64,000 nucleotides of DNA from Anaeromyxobacteraceae bacterium (GTDB lineage Bacteria > Myxococcota > Myxococcia > Myxococcales > Anaeromyxobacteraceae). The position numbers and the translations under genes were made by a program. The stretch covers positions 3,648,001-3,712,000 of the forward strand of contig JASGHJ010000002.1 in NCBI GenBank assembly GCA_047602405.1, written 5' to 3'. Below, piece after piece: positions 20,797 to 31,023 of this stretch. A model generated the notes under the pieces. That model searched no databases, was not told the origin of the DNA, and saw only the letters and a list, made by a program, of their open reading frames with translations. Position 1 is the first letter of the stretch; every line of letters starts with the position of its first letter.

Positions 20797-22539
20797 GTGG
20801 CCGACGCCGCCGCCCCAGACACCGCAGCGAAGGCCGCCGAGTTCAAGCCCCACCTGTTCGGCAAGTTCTTCCTGCTCCAGCAGCTCGCCGTCGGCGGCAT
20901 GGCCGAGATCTACCGCGCGCGCGTCCCCGGCGCGGGCGGGTTCGAGAAGGAGCTCGTCGTCAAGCGCATCCTGAAGTCCAGGGCGCAGGACGAGGGCTTC
21001 GTGAAGATGCTGATCCGCGAGGCGATGCTCACGGTCCAGCTCACCCACTCGAACATCGCGCAGATCTACGAGTGCGGCCTCGTCGACGACACGTACTACA
21101 TCTCGATGGAGCTCGTGAACGGCGTCTCCATGAAGGAGATGATGCAGGCGTTCGCGAGGGCCGGGCAGGCCATCAGCCCGGAGCAGGCCATCTACCTCGT
21201 GCTCCAGCTGCTGCAGGGGCTCGACTACGCGCACCGCAAGGTCGACGCGCAGGGCAACCCGCTCAAGGTGGTGCACTGCGACGTGTCGCCGGACAACGCG
21301 CTCGTCTCGTACGAGGGCGAGGTCAAGGTGCTCGACTTCGGCATCGCGCGCGCGGCGGCCGAGGGCCTGTCGAACTACAAGGAAGGCATGCTGATGGGGA
21401 AGCTCGGGTACGTCGCGCCCGAGCAGGCCTCGCTCGAGAAGCGGTGGGACCACCGCGTCGACATCTTCGCGGCCGGCATCATCCTCTACGAGCTCCTCAC
21501 GAAGCAGAAGCCGTTCCCGAAGGCGACCGACGTCGAGTCGCTCATCCAGGCCCGCAAGGCGAAGGTGGTGCCGCCCACCGCCATCGACCCGCGCCTGCCG
21601 AAGGACATCGACGCCGTGGTCGCGAAGGCGCTCGCCTACGACCCGGAGAAGCGCTACCCGGACGCGCGCTCCTTCGTGAACGCGCTCGTGGACCTGCTCT
21701 TCCCCACGCCGCAGTCGTCCATCCAGGACCTCCTCGGCCAGCAGATGAAGACGGTCTTCGGCGAGAAGATCGCGAAGCAGCGCTCCGGCCGCGCGCACGA
21801 CCCGCTCATCATGAAGGTCCTCTCGAACGCCGCGGCGGCGCAGGCGCACGGGATCGAGGACGAGCCGCGCTACCCGGCCCAGCTGACCCCCAACCCGACC
21901 CCGCTCGACACGCTCTCCTCGCCGGACGTGACCCCGGGGCCGTCGTCGCGGATGCGCTCGGGCCCGGTCACCCAGCGGCCGCGCCCGATCGTGAAGAAGG
22001 GCGTCCCGCTCCCGGTGACCCTCCTCGTCGGCCTCGCCGTCGGCGTGGCGGGCGCGGTCGGCATCCACCTCGGCCAGGTGTGGCTGAGGCCCGGCGTCGT
22101 GATGGTGACCTCCGAGCCGCCCGGCGCCGAGATCTCGCTCGACGGGAAGCCCACGGGCCTGCGCACGCCGGCGGTCGTGGAGGGCGTGCCGCTCGCGAAG
22201 CCGCACGAGGTCTCGCTCGCCGGCGACGGCATGAAGACCTACGTCGCGGGCGTGAGGCCCGAGCCCGGCGCGCTCATGGCGAAGGTCCACGCGAAGCTGC
22301 AGGTCGCGGTGGGCGAGCTCACCGTGGAGAGCGACCCGCCCGGCGCGCGGGTGAAGGTCAACGACCACGAGCTCGCCGGCCGCACCCCGCTGCGCATCAC
22401 CGGCGTGCGGCTCGACGAGCAGCACCGCATCGACCTCGTGCTCGACGGCTACGAGCTCGACCAGTTCGTGATCCGCCCGGAGAAGGACGGCACCCGGTTC
22501 ACCCGCAAGCTCGTGCCGGCCGGGGGAAAGACGCCGTGA
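20797..22539 (+). CDS. Membrane Ser/Thr protein kinase with C-terminal PEGA-like domains
   Basis: GGMAEIY, VVKRI, HCDVSPDN, DFGIA, YVAPEQ; TM; two SEPPGA/SDPPGA repeats. Confidence 0.9.
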   Translation: MADAAAPDTAAKAAEFKPHLFGKFFLLQQLAVGGMAEIYRARVPGAGGFEKELVVKRILKSRAQDEGFVKMLIREAMLTVQLTHSNIAQIYECGLVDDTYYISMELVNGVSMKEMMQAFARAGQAISPEQAIYLVLQLLQGLDYAHRKVDAQGNPLKVVHCDVSPDNALVSYEGEVKVLDFGIARAAAEGLSNYKEGMLMGKLGYVAPEQASLEKRWDHRVDIFAAGIILYELLTKQKPFPKATDVESLIQARKAKVVPPTAIDPRLPKDIDAVVAKALAYDPEKRYPDARSFVNALVDLLFPTPQSSIQDLLGQQMKTVFGEKIAKQRSGRAHDPLIMKVLSNAAAAQAHGIEDEPRYPAQLTPNPTPLDTLSSPDVTPGPSSRMRSGPVTQRPRPIVKKGVPLPVTLLVGLAVGVAGAVGIHLGQVWLRPGVVMVTSEPPGAEISLDGKPTGLRTPAVVEGVPLAKPHEVSLAGDGMKTYVAGVRPEPGALMAKVHAKLQVAVGELTVESDPPGARVKVNDHELAGRTPLRITGVRLDEQHRIDLVLDGYELDQFVIRPEKDGTRFTRKLVPAGGKTP

Positions 22540-22550
22540 CCGGGGCCCCG

Positions 22551-23021
22551 ATGAAGCTCGTCATCGAGGACGAGGCCGGGACGAAGTCGACCGTCCCCTT
22601 CACCGGTACCGAGATCACCGTCGGCCGCGGCGCCGAGGGCATCACCTACCGCCTCGCCGACCGCAACGTCTCGCGCCGTCACGCGCGCTTCTTCCTGCTC
22701 AACGGGGCGGTCTTCGTCGAGGACCTCGGCAGCCTCACCGGCACGCGCGTGAACGGCGACCGGATCGCGGGCCGCAAGAAGGTCCGCGCCGGCGACCTCG
22801 TGCAGATCGGCGACTACGACCTCGTCGTGCAGGGGCAGACCGCCGGCGCGGCCGAGAAGTCGCCGCCGCCGATCCCGGGCACGAGCGCGGGCATGGCCGT
22901 GGGCGCGCCCGCCTCACCGCTGCGCGACCCGGCGCTCGTGCGCCTGGCGGCGGCGGTCGCGGTCGGCGCCCTGGTCCTGGGCGGCGCGCTCGGCTGGGTG
23001 GTGGGGCTCGCTACTCGATGA
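22551..23021 (+). CDS. FHA-domain protein with C-terminal membrane anchor
   Basis: ITVGR, NVSRRHA, DLGSLTGTRVNG, GDLVQIG; hydrophobic C-terminus. Confidence 0.85.
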   Translation: MKLVIEDEAGTKSTVPFTGTEITVGRGAEGITYRLADRNVSRRHARFFLLNGAVFVEDLGSLTGTRVNGDRIAGRKKVRAGDLVQIGDYDLVVQGQTAGAAEKSPPPIPGTSAGMAVGAPASPLRDPALVRLAAAVAVGALVLGGALGWVVGLATR

Positions 23022-23223
23022 CGACCAGCACGTCGCCCTCGGCGACGGACTGGCCTTCCTGACAGCGCACCTCGCGCACGGTCCCGGCACCGGTGGCCTC
23101 GACCATCATCTCCATCTTCATCGACTCGAGGATCACCACGACCTCGCCGGCGGCGACCTTGTCGCCGGGGCGCTTCTCGACCTTCGCGACGGTGCCGGTG
23201 ACGTGGGCTGCGACCTTTTGCAT
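23011..23223 (-). CDS. Stand-alone biotin carboxyl carrier (biotinyl/lipoyl-attachment) protein
   Basis: ESMKME motif; 70 aa. Confidence 0.88.
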   Translation of the reverse strand: MQKVAAHVTGTVAKVEKRPGDKVAAGEVVVILESMKMEMMVEATGAGTVREVRCQEGQSVAEGDVLVVIE

Positions 23224-23300
23224 AGCCCGGCAAGATAGATGAAAAGGGTCCGCGGTTGGGCGGACCCTTTGGGACGACCGGGGCTGGTCTCGCCTCCGGT

Positions 23301-24140
23301 CTACCGGCGGATGGCCGGCGTGTCGTTGCCTTGATCTTTGCGCCCTGGGTCCTCGCCCGTCAACCCACCCGATGGCGCTTCCCCGCCGGGGGATGCGGCG
23401 ATCCGCCCGGCCGCCTGGGCGAGGAGCTGCCGCACCGCACCAGCGAGCTCCGCGTAGTTCACCGGCTTGCGCAGGAACGACGAGACGCCGAGCGCGGCCG
23501 CCCGGTCGCGCACCGCGTCGCCGCCCGACGAGATCACCACCGCGGGCGTGCTCGCGAGCGCGGGCTCCGCCCGCATCTTCTCGAGGAGCGTGATGCCGGA
23601 GACCGGCATGAAGACGTCGGTGACGACCACGTCGATGCGGGGCGTCCGCAGCAGCCGGTCGAGGGCCTGGCCGCCGTCGCCCGCGGTCTCGACCACCACC
23701 GGCAGGGGGTCGCCGCCCTCGGACATGCGCCGCAGCGCGGACGCGTACATGGCCGCGACGAGCGCGTTGTCCTCGACGACGAGGACCCGCACCGCGTCGT
23801 CGGGCGCCCTCGCGCCGGAGACGACGTGCGCGACCTCCTGGAGGCGCTCCCGGTCCTGCGGCCGGTCCTCGGGCACGCGCACCGCGACGCCCGCGGGCGT
23901 GTCGGCGGTCGCCGGCCGCATCCGCACCACCTCGACCTCGATCTCGACCGGCTCGAGGAGCTGCGGGAACGAGATCACGAGGGCGACGCGCTCCGCCACG
24001 GCGAACTCGCGCTCGGTGCGGATGAAGAGGCCGGTCGCGGAGAGGTTCTCGGTGTAGTCGAGCACGCTCTCGGCGCCGAGGTACTGCACCGCGAGCACGA
24101 GCGGGAAGCGGGGGTGGATGCGGCGGTCGTCCGAGGACAC
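23301..24140 (-). CDS. PilZ-like domain plus response-regulator receiver
   Basis: RRIHPRF...NLSATGLFI (RxxxR, NxSxxG); VLVVEDN, VVTDVFMP, FLRKPV. Confidence 0.85.
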   Translation of the reverse strand: MSSDDRRIHPRFPLVLAVQYLGAESVLDYTENLSATGLFIRTEREFAVAERVALVISFPQLLEPVEIEVEVVRMRPATADTPAGVAVRVPEDRPQDRERLQEVAHVVSGARAPDDAVRVLVVEDNALVAAMYASALRRMSEGGDPLPVVVETAGDGGQALDRLLRTPRIDVVVTDVFMPVSGITLLEKMRAEPALASTPAVVISSGGDAVRDRAAALGVSSFLRKPVNYAELAGAVRQLLAQAAGRIAASPGGEAPSGGLTGEDPGRKDQGNDTPAIRR

Positions 24141-24147
24141 GGGCGCA

Positions 24148-26874
24148 TCATCGCACCGTTCGGCTGTCCGTTGAAATCGCCGCCGGGCCTCGACGCCTCG
24201 GCCCCCCCCCGGGGTTGGCCGGCAGGGTCCGCGGGCCGGCCCGGAGGCGCTTCTCGAGCCCCACCACGGGCAGCACCACGGCGCCGGCGGCCGCGGAGAG
24301 GAGCACCGCCTCGAGGTCCAGGGCCCGGGTGCCGAACACGGCCTGCATGAAGGGCAGGTACACGAACCCGGCCTGGAGGAGGAGCAGGGCGCCGACGCCC
24401 GCGTACACCGCCCGGTTCGAGAACATCCCGAGCCGCCACGCGGGCCCGGAGAGCGAGCGGCAGTCGAACAGGTAGAACGCCTGGAAGAACACGACGGTGG
24501 TGACCGCCATCGTGCGCGCCTCGGCGAGCGCGACGGCGTGGCCCGCGCGCGCGACCTCGCCCGCGTACTCCCACAGGAAGAGGCCGATGGCGCCGGCGGC
24601 CATGACGGAGGCGACGAGGAGCGTGCGCCGCACGACGAACCGCCCGAGGAGCGGCGCCCCGGGCGGCCGCGGCGGGCGGCGCATGACGTCGTGCTCGGCC
24701 ACCTCGAACGCGAGCGGCACCGAGAGCGTGACCGAGGCGACGAGGTTCACCCACAAGAGCTGCGTCGGCAGCACCGGGAGGAGGGGCACGAGCGCGCCGT
24801 CCACCTCGTGCAGCGGGAAGGCGAGCACCGAGGCCGCGAGGATGAGCCCGAGGCCGAGGTTGGCCGGGAGCACGAAGGCGAGCGACTTCACCAGGTTGTC
24901 GTGGATGCGCCGCCCCTCCTCCACGGCGGCGGAGAGGGTCGCGAAGTCGTCGTCGGCGAGCACGACGTCCGCGGCCTCGCGCGACACGGCGGTGCCGGCG
25001 AGCCCCATCGCGACGCCGACGTCCGCCTGCCGGAGCGCGGGCGCGTCGTTCACGCCGTCGCCGGTCATCGCCACGACGTGCCCCCCGGCCTGCAGCGCGC
25101 GCACGAGGCGGAGCTTGTGCTCGGGCGCGACGCGGGCGAACACGTTCGCCTCGCGCGCCGCCCGCCCGAACGCCGCGTCGTCCATCGCGCCGAGCTCGGC
25201 GCCGGTCACCACCCGGTCCCCCTCGCGGCAGAGGCCGAGCCGCTCGCCGATCGCCTCGGCGGTCCCCACGTGGTCGCCGGTGATCATCTTCACCGCGATG
25301 CCGGCCTCGTGACAGGCCGCGACGGCGGCGATCGCCGCGGGCCGGGGCGGATCGAGCATGCCCACGAGGCCGAGGAGCTCGAGCCCGCCCCCCGCGTCCG
25401 CGTCGACCACCTCCGCCGTGCCGGGCGGCAGCCGGCGCGCGGCGACGGCGAGCACCCGCATGCCCCGGCGCGCGAGCGCGCCCGCCCGCGCGAGCGCCCC
25501 GGTCGCGGCGGCCGGCGGGAGCGCCGCGCGCGGCACGATCACCTCCGGCGCGCCCTTCGCGAGGAGCACCGCCTCGCCGTCCGGCGCGCGGTGGAGGGTC
25601 GCCATGAGCCGGCGCTCGGACTCGAACGGGATGGTGTCGAGCCGCGGCCACGCGGCGCGCACCGCCTCGACGGCGACGCCGCCCTCCTCGGCCGCCACGA
25701 GGAGCGCGCCCTCGGTGGGATCGCCCGTCACCGCGAGGCGGCCCCCCGCGCGGACGAGTCCCGCGTCGTTGCAGAGCGCCGCGGCGCGGAGCAGCGCCTC
25801 CCGCCCCGCCCCCTCCGGCACCCAGACCTCCTGCACGGTCAGCTCGTTCCGGGTCAGCGTGCCGGTCTTGTCGCTGCAGATGACGGTGGTCGCGCCGAGG
25901 GTCTCCACCGAGGGCAGGTGGCGGACCACCGCGTGCCGCCGCGCCATGCGCTGCACGCCGACCGCGAGCGCGATGGTGATGACCGCGGGCAGCCCCTCGG
26001 GCACGGCCGCGACGGCGATGGTGATGGCGACCATGAGGCCGTCGGCGAGCGCGTAGCCGCGCAGGAGCGCGATGGCGAGGAGCACGGCGCCGAGGCCGAG
26101 CACCCCGCCCGTCAGCCAGCCGCCCACGGTCGCGAGCGCCCGGGTGAGCGGCGTCTCGAGCGCGGTGACCGCCTCGAGGAGCGCCGAGATCCGGCCGAGC
26201 TCGGTCCCGCGCCCGGTCGCGACCACGACCGCGAGCCCGGTGCCCGCGGTGACGTGCGTCCCGCCGAACACCATGCCGTGCCGGTCGCCGGGCGCGGCGG
26301 CCGCCGGCGAGGGGCCCGCGTGCTTCGCGACGGGCACCGACTCGCCCGTGAGCGCCGCCTCCTGCGCGTGGAGCTGCCGGGCATGGAGCACCCGCGCGTC
26401 GGCGGGCACCCGGTCGCCGGGCGCGAGCGCGACGACGTCCCCGGGCACGAGCGCCGCGGCCGCCACCCCCGTGCGGTGCCCACCGCGGAGCACGGTCGCG
26501 GCTTCGGGCACCATCCGCGAGAGCGCCGCGACCGCCTTCCCGGCCCGGTACTCCTGCAAGAACCCGATGAGCGCGTTCACGAGCACCGCGCCGAGCACCA
26601 CCGCGCCGTCGAGCGCCTTCCCGAGCAGGATGGCGACCACGCCCGCGCCCAGGAGGAGGTGGATGATCGAGCTCGCGAGCTGACGGACGAGCACGCGGAG
26701 CGCGCCGGGGCCTTCGGCTCGGGCGAGGACGTTCGGGCCGTGGCGGGCGAGCCTGCGCGCGGCCTCCTCGTCGGAGAGCCCAGCCTCGGAGGACCCGAGG
26801 CGAGCGAGCACCTCCCCCGCGGGCAGCGCGTGCCACGCGGGCGGCGGGGCGGGGGATTCGAACCGCGCCTCCAT
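24148..26874 (-). CDS. Cation-transporting P-type ATPase (P2 type)
   Basis: TGES, PEGLP, DKTGTLT, KGAPE, MITGD, GDGVNDAPAL. Confidence 0.93.
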   Translation of the reverse strand: MEARFESPAPPPAWHALPAGEVLARLGSSEAGLSDEEAARRLARHGPNVLARAEGPGALRVLVRQLASSIIHLLLGAGVVAILLGKALDGAVVLGAVLVNALIGFLQEYRAGKAVAALSRMVPEAATVLRGGHRTGVAAAALVPGDVVALAPGDRVPADARVLHARQLHAQEAALTGESVPVAKHAGPSPAAAAPGDRHGMVFGGTHVTAGTGLAVVVATGRGTELGRISALLEAVTALETPLTRALATVGGWLTGGVLGLGAVLLAIALLRGYALADGLMVAITIAVAAVPEGLPAVITIALAVGVQRMARRHAVVRHLPSVETLGATTVICSDKTGTLTRNELTVQEVWVPEGAGREALLRAAALCNDAGLVRAGGRLAVTGDPTEGALLVAAEEGGVAVEAVRAAWPRLDTIPFESERRLMATLHRAPDGEAVLLAKGAPEVIVPRAALPPAAATGALARAGALARRGMRVLAVAARRLPPGTAEVVDADAGGGLELLGLVGMLDPPRPAAIAAVAACHEAGIAVKMITGDHVGTAEAIGERLGLCREGDRVVTGAELGAMDDAAFGRAAREANVFARVAPEHKLRLVRALQAGGHVVAMTGDGVNDAPALRQADVGVAMGLAGTAVSREAADVVLADDDFATLSAAVEEGRRIHDNLVKSLAFVLPANLGLGLILAASVLAFPLHEVDGALVPLLPVLPTQLLWVNLVASVTLSVPLAFEVAEHDVMRRPPRPPGAPLLGRFVVRRTLLVASVMAAGAIGLFLWEYAGEVARAGHAVALAEARTMAVTTVVFFQAFYLFDCRSLSGPAWRLGMFSNRAVYAGVGALLLLQAGFVYLPFMQAVFGTRALDLEAVLLSAAAGAVVLPVVGLEKRLRAGPRTLPANPGGGPRRRGPAAISTDSRTVR

Positions 26875-27031
26875 GGATCCAGCTATTCGTCCTGCGGCCC
26901 GGCGCGGCAATCCGTCAGATGGCCGCAGACCACGGGACCGGGCCCGCCCGGGATCCCTTGCGCGCCCGCGCGCACGCCGGTTAGGGTCGCGAGCGGATCG
27001 CGCGCTCCTCGGCGCGCGACGGGAGGACGCC

Positions 27032-27805
27032 GTGAACGGGATCTCCGGGCGGGTCGCGCTGGTCACGGGCGGAGGACGCGGGATCGGGCGGGCGATCGCT
27101 CTCGCGCTCGCGAGGGAGGGCGTGGACGTCGCCGTCACGGCGCGCACGGTGCCGGAGATCGAGGCGGTCGCGGCGGAGGTCGCGGCGCTCGGCCGGCGGA
27201 CGATGTTCCTGCCGCTCGACGTGACCGACCGCGCCGGCATCCTCGGGGCCGTGAAGGAGGTCGCCGGCCGGCTCGGCCCCGTGGACATCCTCGTCAACAA
27301 CGCCGGCATCCACGGCTCGAGCCCGGTGCACAAGCTCGAGGACGCGCAGTGGGACGGGATCCTCGCGGTGAACCTGACCGCGCCGATGGTCCTCGCGCGG
27401 GCCTGCCTGCCGTCGATGTTCGAGCGCGCCTGGGGCCGCATCGTCAACGTCGCCTCGGTGGCGGGGAAGATCGGCCTCAAGTACGGCAGCGCCTACTCGG
27501 CCTCCAAGCACGGCCTCATCGGCTTCACCCGTTCGCTCGCGCTCGAGGCCGCGAAGAAGGGCGTCACCGTGAACGCGCTCTGCCCGAGCTGGGTCGAGAC
27601 GAAGATGCTCGACGACGCCGTCGAGGCCATCGCCGCGGGCAGCGGGCGGCCGGAGGCCGACGTGAAGAAGGCCATCCTCGCGTCGAACCCGCAGGGGCGA
27701 GCGTCCTTGCCGGAGGAGGTCGCCGAGGCGGCCGTGTTCCTCGTGAAGAACGCGGCGATCACCGGGCAGACCGTGCACGTCGACGGTGGAGAGGTGATGT
27801 CGTAG
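27032..27805 (+). CDS. Short-chain dehydrogenase/reductase
   Basis: GGAGG then GTG 27032; TGGGRGIG, NNAG, YSASK. Confidence 0.9.
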   Translation: MNGISGRVALVTGGGRGIGRAIALALAREGVDVAVTARTVPEIEAVAAEVAALGRRTMFLPLDVTDRAGILGAVKEVAGRLGPVDILVNNAGIHGSSPVHKLEDAQWDGILAVNLTAPMVLARACLPSMFERAWGRIVNVASVAGKIGLKYGSAYSASKHGLIGFTRSLALEAAKKGVTVNALCPSWVETKMLDDAVEAIAAGSGRPEADVKKAILASNPQGRASLPEEVAEAAVFLVKNAAITGQTVHVDGGEVMS

Positions 27806-27815
27806 GGCGGGGATG

Positions 27816-28018
27816 GGAGGCGGAGTCGGAGGCGGAGTCGGAGCCGGAGTCGGAGCCGGAGCCGGAGCCGGAGTCGGAGTCGGAGCCGGAGCCGGAGTCG
27901 GAGCCGGAGCCGGAGTCGGAGGCGGAGGCGGAGTCGGAGTCGGAGGCGGAGGCGGAGGCGGAGGCGGAGGCGGAGGCGGAGTCGGAGTCGGAGGCGGAAG
28001 CGGAGTCGGAGTCGGAGG
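27816..28018. repeat. Hexamer microsatellite (GGAGTC/GGAGCC/GGAGGC), about 33 units
   Basis: Read directly; starts 10 bp after the SDR stop. Confidence 0.95.
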
Positions 28019-28037
28019 GCTGGGCCACACGCGATTT

Positions 28038-29057
28038 CTCGTGTCCTATCCCGTTCGTCCCGAGCGTAGGGCCGCGAAGCGGCCCGGAGACGAGGGACGG
28101 TCCGCGACCGGGGCCGCTCCAGCCCGCCGGGGCGTTCACCATCCGTAACTTGATTCGGCGGACGTTTCTCTTGGAGGACCCGGACCGGGCACGCTCGTGC
28201 CCTATCCCGTTCGTCCCGAGCGTAGGGCCGCGAAGCGGCCCGGAGACGAGGGACGGTCCGCGACCGGGGCCGCTCCAGCCCCGCCGGGGCGTTCACCATC
28301 CGTAACTTGATTCGGCGGACGTTTCTCTTGGAGGACCCGGACCGGGCACGCTCGTGCCCTATCCCGTTCGTCCCGAGCGCAGGGCCGCGAAGCGGCCCGG
28401 AGACGAGGGACGGTCCGCGACCGGGGCCGCTCCAGCCCCGCCGGGACATTCACCATGCGTAACTTGATTCGGCGGACGTTTCTCTTGGAGGCCCCGGACC
28501 GGGCACGCTCGTGCCCTATCCCGTTCGTCCCGAGCGTAGGGCCGCGAAGCGGCCCGGAGACGAGGGACGGTCCGCGACCGGAGCCGCTCCAGCCCCGCCG
28601 GGGCGTTCACCATCCGTAACTTGATTCGGCGGACGTTTCTCTTGGACGACCCGGACCGGGCACGCTCGTGTCCTATCCCGTTCGTCCCGAGCGTAGGGCC
28701 GCGAAGCGGCCCGGAGACGAGGGACGGTCCGCGACCGGAGCCGCTCCAGCCCCGCCGGGGCGTTCACCATCCGTAACTTGATTCGGCGGACGTTTCTCTT
28801 GGAGGACCCGGACCGGGCACGCTCGTGCCCTATCCCGTTCGTCCCGAGCGTAGGGCCGCGAAGCGGCCCGGAGACGAGGGACGGTCCGCGACCGGGGCCG
28901 CTCCAGCCCCGCCGGGGCGTTCACCATCCGTAACTTGATTCGGCGGACGTTTCTCTTGGAGGACCCGGACCGGGCACGCTCGTGTCCTATCCCGTTCGTC
29001 CCGAGCGTAGGGCCGCGAAGCGGCCCGGAGACGAGGGACGCTCAGGGTGAGCGGGGG
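28038..29057. repeat. Tandem array of six 156-157 bp units plus a seventh partial unit, each with a palindromic REP-like core
   Basis: CCTATCCCGTTCGTCCCGAGCG recurs at 28045, 28201, 28358, 28515, 28672, 28829 and 28986. Core hairpin GGGCCGC-GAA-GCGGCCC sits inside CGTCCC...GGGACG. Units differ by a few substitutions. Confidence 0.95.
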
Positions 29058-29061
29058 CAGG

Positions 29062-29157
29062 GCTTCAGCTTCAGCTTCTGCTGCTGCTTCGGCTTCAGCT
29101 ACAGCAACTGCTTCAGCAGCTGCTGCACCTGCAGCCGCACCTGCTCCTGCTCCTGCT
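29062..29157. repeat. Degenerate hexamer microsatellite (GCTTCA/GCTGCA/CCTGCT), 16 units
   Basis: Read directly; abuts the stop of the minus-strand gene at 29158. Confidence 0.85.
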
Positions 29158-30195
29158 CTATCCCTTCGTCCACGCCCTCAGGTGATGCCTCGCGAGCGCC
29201 GTCCACGCCGGCGCGTGCAGCGCCTCCGCGGCCCACAGCATCCGCCCGAGCACGTCGTCGAGGTCCACCCCGCGGTGCCGCTGCCAGCCCGCGCGCAGCC
29301 CGAGGGCCCACGCGTCCGCGTGCCGGCCCTCGGCACGGGCGCGGTCACACTCGGCCAGCGCGAACTCCCGGCAGCCCTCCGGGCCCGAGAGCGCCGCCGC
29401 GAGGGACGGCGTGGGCACCGGCTCCCCCGGCTCCCGGCACCGCTCCCAGGCCTTCCCGAGCGCCTCGGTGGCCCGCTCGAGCGGCCGCGCGAAGAGCGGG
29501 AGCGCGAGGTCGAGCGTCGCCCCGAGCGCGAGCAGCGCGGCCGCGTAGTGCCGCGCGGCCTCCGCCGGCCTCCCGGCGGCCTCGGCGTGGAACCCGAGCA
29601 CCGCGCCGGGCCACGCGAGCTCCGGCCGGGCCGCGAGGGCCCGGCCCGCGGCCCACGCGGCGCCGTCCCAGTCCTGCACGAGCAGCGCCGAGTCCGGCTC
29701 GCCGGTCAGCCTGCGCAAGGACGCCCGCGAGGGCTCCGGCACGAGCCGGACGTCGCGGAGCCAGTCGGCGAAGGTGTCGCGCGTGACGCCGAGGTCGGCG
29801 GCGAGCGCGGCGGCGCCGGCCTGCCGCGCGAGCCGCGCGAGGCCGCTGTCGAGCGCGTCCTCGGCGCGGCGGCGCAGGTGGTCGGCCTCCGACGGGAACG
29901 CCTTCACCGCGTCGGACGGGTGCCACGCCGGGCCCGGGCCGGCGCGGATGACCTCGGCCGGCCGCCCCGAGGGGTGGAAGCGCAGCGCGAGCTCGCCACC
30001 GTCGGAGAGGCGCGCGAAGGGGAGCGCGTCGGGGAGGAGCTCGCCGCCGCGCACGACGCCGGCGCGCGGGTCGAGGAGCGACTCCGGCTCGATCGCCGTC
30101 GCGTCGCCGAGCGCACCCGGCGCCCAGAGCGCGCGCGGCAAGCGCACCGACAGCTCGCGCTCGACGAGGCCGAGGGACCGCTCGAGCGAGTCCAC
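29158..30195 (-). CDS. Hypothetical protein; possible SMI1/KNR4-like N-terminus, HTH-like middle and TPR-like C-terminus
   Basis: GTG start directly follows the upstream SDR stop. VERELSVRLP...LPFARLSDGGELALRF; ALAADLGVTRDTFADW; LGFHAEAAGRPAEAARHY. Domain calls are by eye only. Confidence 0.6.
   Translation of the reverse strand: MDSLERSLGLVERELSVRLPRALWAPGALGDATAIEPESLLDPRAGVVRGGELLPDALPFARLSDGGELALRFHPSGRPAEVIRAGPGPAWHPSDAVKAFPSEADHLRRRAEDALDSGLARLARQAGAAALAADLGVTRDTFADWLRDVRLVPEPSRASLRRLTGEPDSALLVQDWDGAAWAAGRALAARPELAWPGAVLGFHAEAAGRPAEAARHYAAALLALGATLDLALPLFARPLERATEALGKAWERCREPGEPVPTPSLAAALSGPEGCREFALAECDRARAEGRHADAWALGLRAGWQRHRGVDLDDVLGRMLWAAEALHAPAWTALARHHLRAWTKG

Positions 30196-31023
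<828 letters not shown>

Noticed and set aside
28143..28160. AT-rich CCGTAACTTGATTCGG in the array linker as a dif/att recombination site
   Set aside because: Only superficial resemblance; no XerC/XerD consensus arms and no recombinase nearby.
27493..28449. ORFs with RL, ES/EP, SD/SA or GV dipeptide runs
   Set aside because: These are translations of the hexamer microsatellite; some overlap the SDR gene antisense and none has a credible start.
28202..28927. Repeated 84-aa minus-strand ORFs (MVNAPAG...) as a peptide gene array
   Set aside because: They arise automatically from the DNA repeat, overlap one another, lack an RBS and shift frame each unit.
28038..29057. CRISPR array
   Set aside because: Sequences between the palindromic cores are near-identical rather than unique spacers, the 157-bp period is too long, and there are no cas genes in the window.
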